This document shows, piece after piece, positions 1 through 7,739 of a stretch of DNA of 64,000 bases. Origin of the DNA: Candidatus Omnitrophota bacterium. GTDB taxonomy: Bacteria; Omnitrophota; Gorgyraeia; VGKN01. A program made the position numbers and the translations under genes. The stretch is taken from assembly GCA_043800345.1 (NCBI GenBank), contig JAZDNB010000030.1, positions 91-64,090 on the forward strand, read 5' to 3'. Under the pieces are notes generated by a model, which was not told the DNA's origin, did no database searches, and saw nothing but the letters and a program-made list of their open reading frames with translations. Every line of letters begins with the position of its first letter. Within the stretch, counting starts at the first letter, position 1.

Positions 1-2572
1 GGACAATGACCTTGCTTGTGCCCGTGGCAACGAGCGCGTCTTGTGCAGGGGCGTAGTCGAAGTCAAGGTAGGGGTCACGATTAACAATCATGACATCATC
101 ACGAGAATCAACCGGAATAATTCTTTCAACTTCTTCTTCGCCTCCAAGCTCAATACGGTGTCCTTTTGCAGCCAATTCTTCGGTCACTCCTGCATACCTT
201 TGCTGGTTGGCGATTAAATCGTAATCTGTCTTACCTGCCACCGGATTACCTGCTCTATCAAGCACGGTTTGATCTGTTCCTTTATAAGGCAAAAATACAT
301 CTTCTCTTTCTGCAAGCTGTATATCCACTACCGGGTCCGGCAGTCCTTCTCTGGCTAAAAGACCTAGTCCGTTTACAATAAAATCCTGGACCATCTGTTC
401 GGTTATAAATCCTGTCACCTGAGACGTCCCATCTTCGTTTGGAACTTCTTTAGAAGGTAATCGGCTAGCAGGAACTTCTTTGGCCTTGGAGAGAATCTCA
501 GTAGACCATATCTGGGGATTTATTGCTTTAAGTTTATCGACAAGAGCGGGGTCATTTTCGTCTAAACCAAATATCCTTGCAACAAAAAGACGCATGTCTA
601 CTGCATAAAAAGCAACATTAAAAGCAACCCGTTTGTTCCCAAAAATATCTTCAATAAATAACCCTTTTTCTTCGCATAGTCTATAAAAATCAGAACCGGC
701 TTCTTTTGAAATATCAATACCTTTAAAACCTTTTTCCTTGCTCCGCATAGGAAATTCGCTTATTTCGCGGAGTTCTATTTGCGTATATGTCTGACCTGTT
801 TGTTTATTGCGATAGGTTACCCGTACGCCTATACCACCCTTTCTGTCTCCTGCCGATGGAGTGCAGATAGCAATAGTAGCCAAGGGCTTACGTTCCTGGC
901 GCGCTTTTAAAATCCTTCCTACCATACCTGCTCTCGGAAAATTCAATACGTTATCGCCGTTACCTGCACATACCACGGCATCCGTATGTTCCAGCATATC
1001 AATCATCAAATCCTTATCCATCAATACGGCTAAGAATGCCCATAAATGATTTTCTGCACACGTAGCCACATGTCCATCGGAAAAACGTAGAGGATAACCT
1101 GTTTTTGGATCCAATACCAATCCGGCTCTTTGCATCGCAGGATATATCTGGTGAGTATCCATCTCTTGCTGGTACTGCTGAGCTAAAGATTCGCGTATGC
1201 TTCTATCGCTTTCACCTTCAATAGTCCCGCCGACGCTCGTCACTAACACTACTTCGGACCGGGGATTTTGGCCAAAGATAAATCCTATTCTTGCCTGTAC
1301 TATGCTTATCCATTTTTGCATTCTTCTTCCTGCTCTATTGGTAATGACCTTCAGCGCCTTGTGCACAAGTTTATGCATACCTATAAGTTTTTTTACCGTG
1401 GTAGCCGCACCACCGCAGAAAGGCACTGACACAACCCTCGCATCTCTTATCGCCTCATCGCCCAACCCGACCTCTTCGGAAGTTGGTTCTGTGGGAATAT
1501 AATCCAGATCTTTATCTCCTAAGGCCTCAACTTGTGCAACCTCCCAATTTTGAGGGTCATTAAAAGGAATTCTTGTCGGTTCAACGGGTAGCTCAAAAAG
1601 CGTCCTCGTACGAGAAGCCGGCTTAGCCTCAGCCGTTTGAACAGCTGCTGCCCTTGCCTCTTCCTGTCTTTGCCTGCTTAAGTCCTGCCATTTTAACCAA
1701 TCACAACCTACGTATATAAAATAAAGATAATCGGCCAGACCTATAATAAGTTCCTGTTGCTGCGGATATATGTTATCTTTTATAACTCTATTTAACACAT
1801 CCTGGACAACATAATAGTCTTGCCAGCTACCGTTCATTCCTAATATAGCGAGGTTGTGAAGCAATTCATATAAAGGTGCTTCTATTTTTTCCAAACCATA
1901 TACTCTTTGAGCATATGCCCTTGCACCATCTACAGCTTGCTGGCTAACCCTTGCGGGTAAGAAATCTGCCTGCTGAATACGGTTGGCAGGAAACAGATCG
2001 ACGGGTTTGGTCCTTTGCGGCTCATCAACCGGAAGGGCAAAACTAACATTTGCAGGAGCAATATTTTCGAGACGTAATCCAAAAAATTCAATGAAGGCTA
2101 TATTGCCCAAGGGATTTATCGTAGAAATATCCACGGTCTGTAGATGATCCCGTATAATATACGTAGCATTCCCTATTCGCAGGCATGAGTTGCTTCCATA
2201 GGGTAACATCTCAATAACAAGATGCTGGCCGGCTGTATTAGTAAGCGTAACTCTATTATCAGCGGCTGTTACACTAGTTACCTTAGGTCCAAGATTTCCC
2301 AATACTATTGTTGCATTTCCTATTGATATAGTATCAGCTGTCCTAGCCTTTGCAATATCATCCAGGGCATCCAGCCCCGGAGCTTTCCTTCCCGCCTTTT
2401 TAGACAAACCATTGGTTAGCATCGGCGGGGCAAGTTTTGATATCGCTAAATCTGATTGGGATGAAGAAAAGTCGGGATAACTAAATAAAACGGTGGAAAT
2501 AACAAAAAAAATAACTGTAAAAATTGTTAATGCCCTTATTATATTCTTTCGACTAAAGATAAGGAGATGCAT
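1..2572 (-). CDS. Partial CDS (C-terminus beyond window edge): N-terminally membrane-anchored protein with UDPGP-family (UTP--sugar-1-phosphate uridylyltransferase-like) motifs
   Basis: Missing from the ORF track because it has no in-window stop. Manual minus-strand translation from ATG 2572-2570 (MHLLIFSRKNIIRALTIFTVIFFVISTVLF...) stays open for 857 codons to position 1. The ATG overlaps the upstream stop (TAATG). Ordered motifs FCGGAATT, AGNGDNVLN, AGDRKGGIG and FNVAFYAV resemble the GGxGT / NxDN / DxKGG / FNTN blocks of UDPGP enzymes (recalled, not searched). Confidence 0.5.
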   Translation of the reverse strand, partial: MHLLIFSRKNIIRALTIFTVIFFVISTVLFSYPDFSSSQSDLAISKLAPPMLTNGLSKKAGRKAPGLDALDDIAKARTADTISIGNATIVLGNLGPKVTSVTAADNRVTLTNTAGQHLVIEMLPYGSNSCLRIGNATYIIRDHLQTVDISTINPLGNIAFIEFFGLRLENIAPANVSFALPVDEPQRTKPVDLFPANRIQQADFLPARVSQQAVDGARAYAQRVYGLEKIEAPLYELLHNLAILGMNGSWQDYYVVQDVLNRVIKDNIYPQQQELIIGLADYLYFIYVGCDWLKWQDLSRQRQEEARAAAVQTAEAKPASRTRTLFELPVEPTRIPFNDPQNWEVAQVEALGDKDLDYIPTEPTSEEVGLGDEAIRDARVVSVPFCGGAATTVKKLIGMHKLVHKALKVITNRAGRRMQKWISIVQARIGFIFGQNPRSEVVLVTSVGGTIEGESDRSIRESLAQQYQQEMDTHQIYPAMQRAGLVLDPKTGYPLRFSDGHVATCAENHLWAFLAVLMDKDLMIDMLEHTDAVVCAGNGDNVLNFPRAGMVGRILKARQERKPLATIAICTPSAGDRKGGIGVRVTYRNKQTGQTYTQIELREISEFPMRSKEKGFKGIDISKEAGSDFYRLCEEKGLFIEDIFGNKRVAFNVAFYAVDMRLFVARIFGLDENDPALVDKLKAINPQIWSTEILSKAKEVPASRLPSKEVPNEDGTSQVTGFITEQMVQDFIVNGLGLLAREGLPDPVVDIQLAEREDVFLPYKGTDQTVLDRAGNPVAGKTDYDLIANQQRYAGVTEELAAKGHRIELGGEEEVERIIPVDSRDDVMIVNRDPYLDFDYAPAQDALVATGTSKVIV

Positions 2573-4185
2573 TACCATACGCTTTCCTTTCCTTCCTCGT
2601 CTTCTTCAAGGAGTTTCTCAACAGGAACTTCTTTGTTCATCATCACAGAAAAATATAAATCTTCATCTAAGTTTGTTACATTCGGTGAAACCACTATATA
2701 GGATATCCCCTGCTCTTTAAAACGCTCTGTTAATCCTTTGGTATGAAATCCTCCCGCAATCAAAGCGGAAAATTTGTCGTCATTTACCCGCATTTTATAC
2801 GCGGTATTTTTCATGAGGGCATCGTCCCTGATAAAAGCTATGTTATAAAACTCTTCTTCCTCGGGGATGCTGATATCTATCAAGGAAAGATTAGGGTCAA
2901 GAGAAACCCTTATATTATTTTTTTGAGCCGTTTCTTTTATAACATCGGAAAATACCTTTGAGACAAAGTCTCCCTTATTGGCTGTGAAATAGTCCATCTC
3001 CTCGTTCGTCATACTGGTATCAAAAAATTTCTTAAGAAGCTGAACATGTTTAGAAAGTTGGGCAACGCGTTTTTGTTCGCTGGTCGTCAACATTTTATCC
3101 CTGATTGCATCCGCGACACCGTCAAGTTCGCTAAATAACAGGATCTTGTTTATTTTTTCAGAATAATATACATAGTCAATATAGTTCTTTAAATTCGGGT
3201 AGATAGTTAAATCAACATTATTTTCCTCGGCAACTTCTTTCATTGAAGTAAAATATTCTAGCCCCGTAAGTTCGCCTGCTTTATAGGAAAGGCTTTTTTG
3301 AAAAAAGGCCGTAAAACTTTCCTTGGGGAGAACCTTGCTTAAATCATCAATAAGCTGAGCACGCTCTTTATCGACTCTGACAAATTCAATATTTCCTTCC
3401 AGGGATACCAGTTTTGTCAAAAAATAAAAATTCTCAAATTTTGAAATATCCACGTCTTTATCTTCCGCCATCTGTTTCAGATAATCTATATATTCATTAA
3501 CCTCGATATCTTTATTGTCATATGCTGCATATTTTTCATCTAATTCAATTAGCTCATCAGGATAGAGCACTTTTTTAAGCTTAGAAAGTGCACCTAATAT
3601 ATTATCGCACAACCGCTTAAGTTCCTTTGATTTTTCGTATGTTTTTTTGAAGATCTCGATGTGCCTTAAATATGGCTCTTCATCTTCAACCCCCCAGAGT
3701 TCAAGCGGATATTCTCCTTCGTTATTTATAAGAAGATATTCAGCGCCTGTAAGCTGGCCCTGTTTGAGAAAAAATTTTGAGACTTTTCTTTGCATCTTTT
3801 TATCCTTAAAAACAAAAAGCGAAGGGTCTATTTCTCCGCTTGCCCCTTCGCAATTAACAAGTTTAAGGCCATAGTTTTTCATAAGATGCCGAAGAATACG
3901 CACAATGCTCATCTGACCATCATAGTTACAGTGCAGGTCTTGAAGATGCACTATGATGTTATCGGAATTACCTTGATTGGTTTCAATTACTTTTCCAAAA
4001 CCTTCGGGAATTTTAATATCGGAAATTTTTAACGATTCATAGGAACCGGTAGCTCTGTCGGTAGGATTATCAGGAATGGCAGCAGATAGAAAGTTTCCCG
4101 CGGAAAACACCGTACACACTAAACCAATAATTAGTGTGAAATAAATACAAACAAATCTCCTGCGGTAGGTTTTCTTGTCTGCCAT
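2572..4185 (-). CDS. Membrane-anchored hypothetical protein, possibly Tiki/TraB/GumN superfamily
   Basis: 537-aa ORF with an N-terminal TM helix (FVCIYFTLIIGLVCTVF). The C-terminal ALIAGGFHTKGLTERFKEQGISYIVV resembles the GxxH...G-Y-x-V end motif of TraB/GumN proteins. Its stop overlaps the next start (TAATG). Confidence 0.4.
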   Translation of the reverse strand: MADKKTYRRRFVCIYFTLIIGLVCTVFSAGNFLSAAIPDNPTDRATGSYESLKISDIKIPEGFGKVIETNQGNSDNIIVHLQDLHCNYDGQMSIVRILRHLMKNYGLKLVNCEGASGEIDPSLFVFKDKKMQRKVSKFFLKQGQLTGAEYLLINNEGEYPLELWGVEDEEPYLRHIEIFKKTYEKSKELKRLCDNILGALSKLKKVLYPDELIELDEKYAAYDNKDIEVNEYIDYLKQMAEDKDVDISKFENFYFLTKLVSLEGNIEFVRVDKERAQLIDDLSKVLPKESFTAFFQKSLSYKAGELTGLEYFTSMKEVAEENNVDLTIYPNLKNYIDYVYYSEKINKILLFSELDGVADAIRDKMLTTSEQKRVAQLSKHVQLLKKFFDTSMTNEEMDYFTANKGDFVSKVFSDVIKETAQKNNIRVSLDPNLSLIDISIPEEEEFYNIAFIRDDALMKNTAYKMRVNDDKFSALIAGGFHTKGLTERFKEQGISYIVVSPNVTNLDEDLYFSVMMNKEVPVEKLLEEDEEGKESVW

Positions 4186-4241
4186 TTTTATAAGTAATTT
4201 AATTTTAAACTACTTTTTTAAAGCTTTTCTAATGCTATTTA

Positions 4242-4270
4242 AATATAGCATAAATAATAACCTTTTTCAA
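4242..4270 (-). promoter_or_regulatory. Candidate sigma70-type promoter of the 4185 operon
   Basis: Minus strand TTGAAA (4270-4265), a 17-nt spacer, then TATATT (4247-4242), about 57 nt upstream of ATG 4185. Confidence 0.35.
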
Positions 4271-4366
4271 GTACAATTTCACAATCTCTTCTGTTATATA
4301 ACTATATACAAATAATAATGTTATATAAAGAGTGCCTGAAAATCAAAAAAAATGAAAGCGCTACCT

Positions 4367-4819
4367 CTAAAAATATGCTATTTTAATTACCCTTAAAATT
4401 AAATTCACAAATATTCCACTTAAAATATCATCAAGCATAATTCCGGCGGAACCCTTCAAATTACCTATTTTATTGATAGGGAAGGGTTTAAGAATATCGA
4501 ATATCCTGAAAAAAACGAACGAGGAGACTAGATTAAATATGGTGGGTTTTATAAAAAATACACTTATAAGCATTCCGCAAAATTCATCAATTACAACTTC
4601 CGGCGGATCTTTTTTGTTACTCATACGCTCTACTCTTCCTGACATAAAAAATCCCATTATTAAAAAGAGTATAAGAACAATAAAATAAAGGGCGGTTTTG
4701 GTACTCGTCAACATTACGACTAAAAGTCCGAAAAGGCTTGCAACAGTCCCTGGGCATTTGGGAAAATAACCGATAAGACATAAGGTTGATATGTATAGGG
4801 ATAGAGTATCTTTCTTCAG
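4367..4819 (-). CDS. pgpA: Phosphatidylglycerophosphatase A, with start revised upstream to a non-canonical CTG
   Basis: The track ORF 4367..4714 contains DEFCGM...FRIFDILKPFPI...GIMLDDILSG (PgpA core). The same frame is open upstream to a TAG at 4834-4836 and encodes LCLIGYFPKCPGTVASLFGLL, the conserved PgpA N-terminal GxGxxPxxPGTxGSL block. No ATG, GTG or TTG is present there. AGGAGG (4833-4828) lies 8 nt before CTG 4819, and that CTG overlaps the pgsA stop (CTGA). Confidence 0.7.
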   Translation of the reverse strand: MKKDTLSLYISTLCLIGYFPKCPGTVASLFGLLVVMLTSTKTALYFIVLILFLIMGFFMSGRVERMSNKKDPPEVVIDEFCGMLISVFFIKPTIFNLVSSFVFFRIFDILKPFPINKIGNLKGSAGIMLDDILSGIFVNLILRVIKIAYF

Positions 4820-5388
4820 GTTATAACCCTCCTATTCTTCCACAGATAACTTATCCCGGAGTAAAGGGTAAGAATTATCGTAACCGTCATCATGCCATAT
4901 AGTATAGCGTGCGATATGGTTTCAAAAGTCAAGGTTTGGTAGCCCGATTTTAAGAAATGGCCCTTAAGTATAAGATATATAAGAATTGATATTACCACCA
5001 CAAACTGGGAAACAGTCTTATGTTTACCTTCTTTTTGCGCCTCTAAAACCACGGATTTTGATGCCGCAAAAACCCTTAGCCCCGTTATGACGAGCTCTCT
5101 TAATATTATAACAACTACCATCCATGCAGGAATAATTTTTAGCTCCACAAATGCCATGAAACTTGCAAGTATCAATATCTTATCGGCGATAGGATCCATC
5201 AATTTACCGAAATTAGTTATCTGGTTTCTTTCGCGCGCTATTTTTCCGTCATACCAGTCAGTCAGCATTGCGGCTAAAAAAATAAATAATGCAACATACT
5301 TCCATATCACACCTTGCATAAAGAGAAATACCATATATATGAAAGTAAATACAATCCTCAATATCGTTAACTTATTAGGCAGATTCAT
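4816..5388 (-). CDS. pgsA: CDP-diacylglycerol--glycerol-3-phosphate 3-phosphatidyltransferase
   Basis: 190 aa with NLPNKLTILRI...DWYDGKIAR...GKLMDPIADK (CDP-alcohol phosphatidyltransferase motif) and multiple TM helices. Confidence 0.9.
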   Translation of the reverse strand: MNLPNKLTILRIVFTFIYMVFLFMQGVIWKYVALFIFLAAMLTDWYDGKIARERNQITNFGKLMDPIADKILILASFMAFVELKIIPAWMVVVIILRELVITGLRVFAASKSVVLEAQKEGKHKTVSQFVVVISILIYLILKGHFLKSGYQTLTFETISHAILYGMMTVTIILTLYSGISYLWKNRRVIT

Positions 5389-6775
5389 CTACGGGGGCTC
5401 CTACTAAATCATACTCAAGCGTATCAATAATTTTTACTTTTACAAACTTCCCAACTTCTATTTTTGATTTTTGATTTTTGGATTTTGATTTTACATACAC
5501 CATACCATCCACCTCCGGTGCGTCAAATTCTGTCCGTGCCAGAAATGTCCCAGGATCGTTGTTATTTTTTTCATCGATGAGCACGTTGAGGGTTTGTCCT
5601 AAAAATTTCTCGTTTTTTACCCTAGAAATTTCCTGTTGAACTTTCATAATTTCATCAAAACGCTCTTTTTTTATCTTTTCAGAAACCTGTCCTTTAAAAC
5701 CAAACGCCGGGGTACCTTCTTCCCGAGAATATAGAAACACCCCTAGTCGTTCAAATCCAATTTCACGTATAAAATCACGGAGTTCTTGAAATTCAACCTC
5801 TGTTTCTCCGGGAAAACCTACTATCAAAGAGGTTCTTATCGCTAGCCCGGGAATACGTTTTCTTAACTTTTCAATAAGTTTAATTATACCACTTTTAGTT
5901 ATGTTCCTATTCATGTTTTTAAGAATTTTATCATTTATATGCTGGATTGGCAAATCAACATATCGGCATATAACACGTGCACCTTGCATAACCTCTATGA
6001 GAGAATCCTCGATATGGGCAGGATGGGCATAGAGCAATCTTATCCAGCCGAAGGTGTTAAGGGCACTAAGTCTTTTAAGGAGTTCTGTGATTTTTGGTTT
6101 TTTATACAGATCCGTACCGTAGAGCGTAGTGTCCTGACCAATTAATACTATTTCTTTTAAGCACCTATCCTTTGACAGACTTTCGGCCTCCTTTATAATA
6201 GAGGTAAGATCTCTGCTCCTAAAGCTACCTCTCAGTGCTTTTATGATACAGTAGCTGCAATTATTACCGCAACCTTCGGATATCTTTATGTATGCATAGT
6301 GGGGAGGCGTTAGCATAACCCTCGGACTCATATGGTCATAGAGAAATGCCGGCCTTTTCTCGATGTTTATAGTATGCGCATAGCGTGCCGATACATTCTT
6401 AATTACATCTGCTATTCCCACAAAATCGGATGTTCCTAAAAAAGCATCTACTTCAGGTAGTTCTTTTTTAAGTTCGCCCTCATATCTCTGCGAAAGACAT
6501 CCCGTAACAACAATATTTTTTAGATTGCCCTCTTTCTTTAGACGTATTACCTTAAGAATAATATCTATTGATTCCTGTGTGGCATCTTTAATAAAGCCGC
6601 ATGTATTTATGATAGCGATATCAGAATTTTCCATGTTCTCTTCTATTATGTAACCTTTTTTTTTAAGAATGCCCATCATTACCTCTGTGTCCACAAGGTT
6701 CCTGGGACATCCGAGGCTCAAGAAACTGATTCGCTCTGCTTTATGTAGCATATCTACCGTCTTTCTATTAAGCAT
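5375..6775 (-). CDS. rimO: Ribosomal protein S12 methylthiotransferase (radical SAM MTTase)
   Basis: 466 aa with the N-terminal ISFLSLGCPRNLVDTEVM (UPF0004), the radical-SAM CGNNCSYC motif and a C-terminal TRAM-like domain. Confidence 0.8.
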   Translation of the reverse strand: MLNRKTVDMLHKAERISFLSLGCPRNLVDTEVMMGILKKKGYIIEENMENSDIAIINTCGFIKDATQESIDIILKVIRLKKEGNLKNIVVTGCLSQRYEGELKKELPEVDAFLGTSDFVGIADVIKNVSARYAHTINIEKRPAFLYDHMSPRVMLTPPHYAYIKISEGCGNNCSYCIIKALRGSFRSRDLTSIIKEAESLSKDRCLKEIVLIGQDTTLYGTDLYKKPKITELLKRLSALNTFGWIRLLYAHPAHIEDSLIEVMQGARVICRYVDLPIQHINDKILKNMNRNITKSGIIKLIEKLRKRIPGLAIRTSLIVGFPGETEVEFQELRDFIREIGFERLGVFLYSREEGTPAFGFKGQVSEKIKKERFDEIMKVQQEISRVKNEKFLGQTLNVLIDEKNNNDPGTFLARTEFDAPEVDGMVYVKSKSKNQKSKIEVGKFVKVKIIDTLEYDLVGAPVDESA

Positions 6776-6860
6776 ATCGTGCGGTAACTCAAAATTAACA
6801 CAATTCCCTATCTAATATATACTAACTTTAAGAAACTTGCAAAGTTTAAATAGAAGAGAA

Positions 6861-6978
6861 GATGAAGCTCCACGGCTTAACAGCCGTGGTTTCTTGCTTT
6901 TTGGTCTCGTGCCATATGGCACAGGCTCATGGAACGGAATCCCGCCCGTCCCGCAAAGCGGGACTGGGTGCGGGATAA
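6861..6978 (+). repeat. 118-bp three-hairpin repeat, copy 1
   Basis: ATGAAGCTCCACGGCTTAACAGCCGTGG...ATCCCGCCCGTCCCGCAAAGCGGGACTGGGTGCGGGATAAA. Lies in the rodZ/rimO intergenic gap and is near-identical to the copies at 26837, 41778, 48242 and 50056. Confidence 0.95.
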
Positions 6979-7006
6979 ATGTGGGAAAGGCTGCCTACGG
7001 TATAAC

Positions 7007-7738
7007 TTATTTTGGAAGTTTCATACCCTCGTGGGTAATGAGGATATTTTTCATCACGCCCCTGCCGGGCGAGCCAAGGTTGTGGCCATTTAAATTTAAC
7101 TCAAGGCTAGCGGCATTGCCAACCCATAACACCATTTCTTCTTTTGCCTGCAAATTTATTGATGAACCAGCCTTTAAGATACTCTGATATACGATCTTCC
7201 CGTCACATTTGATATGCATCCAGGTATCCTGGCTGGCTTTTGCGGTAAGCTGCAATATTTCATTTTTTTTCACCAGAAGAATTGGCTTCTCCGCTTTTTT
7301 AACTGTCACAAAAGGAATTTCTGTTTTTATGGAAGGCTCAGAACTTTTTTTGCTCACAAAAATTTTTGACAGTCCGAACGCTACCAATGAAATCACGACA
7401 ATTCCTGCTACAATAATAGTAACGAGCATAACGGGGGTTTTTTTCGGTATTTCAGAGTCGATTTTTTCATCTTCGGTTTTTATTTCCAATTCCTGAGGAG
7501 GAACTTCAGGATTGAGCACGTTATATTCATTCAGCAAAGGTTCCGGGTCAAGTCCCACATACTGGGCATATTGTTTAATAAAACCCTTCACATAGGTTGG
7601 GTTGGGAAGCCTTTCAAACGCTTCCTCTTCAAGGCTCACCAGGAATTTCATTTGAATCTTTGTGGCACGCTGAAGTTCTTCGAGCGTTATGTTTTTTTCT
7701 TCTCTTGCTTTTTTTAATGTCTGTCCTATTATAGCCAT
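7007..7738 (-). CDS. rodZ: RodZ-like cytoskeleton protein (HTH + TM + DUF4115)
   Basis: N-terminal HTH IGQTLKKAREEKNITLEELQRATKIQMKFLVSLEE, a central TM helix and a C-terminal beta domain. Confidence 0.7.
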   Translation of the reverse strand: MAIIGQTLKKAREEKNITLEELQRATKIQMKFLVSLEEEAFERLPNPTYVKGFIKQYAQYVGLDPEPLLNEYNVLNPEVPPQELEIKTEDEKIDSEIPKKTPVMLVTIIVAGIVVISLVAFGLSKIFVSKKSSEPSIKTEIPFVTVKKAEKPILLVKKNEILQLTAKASQDTWMHIKCDGKIVYQSILKAGSSINLQAKEEMVLWVGNAASLELNLNGHNLGSPGRGVMKNILITHEGMKLPK

Positions 7739-7739
7739 T

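Noticed and set aside
5450-5500. Short tandem TTTTGATTTT repeats.
   Set aside because: They lie inside the rimO coding sequence and encode the KSKSKNQKSK stretch. This is simple low-complexity coding sequence, not a regulatory or mobile repeat.
6861-6977. Each 118-bp repeat begins with ATG and ends with TAA in frame (38 codons, MKLHGLTAVVSCFSVSCHMAQAHGAESRPSRKAGLGAG), which suggested a repeated micro-ORF.
   Set aside because: No SD lies upstream of any copy. Copy 3 has a 1-nt deletion plus a 51-nt insertion that breaks the frame, and copy 4 loses the stop (GGGACAAA). All three plus frames and the minus frames are open simply because the element is GC-rich. Conservation follows the hairpins, not the codons.
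6837-7187. Track ORFs that run through the repeats: 6837-7187 (+), 14809-15279 (+), 14897-15079 (+), 41811-42053 (-) and 48234-48440 (-).
   Set aside because: Their only long open stretches are the stop-free GC-rich repeat sequences. Peptides such as PHPVPL(Y/C)GTGGIPLHEPVPYGT are the same repeat translated at different loci, and none has a start context. They are artefacts.
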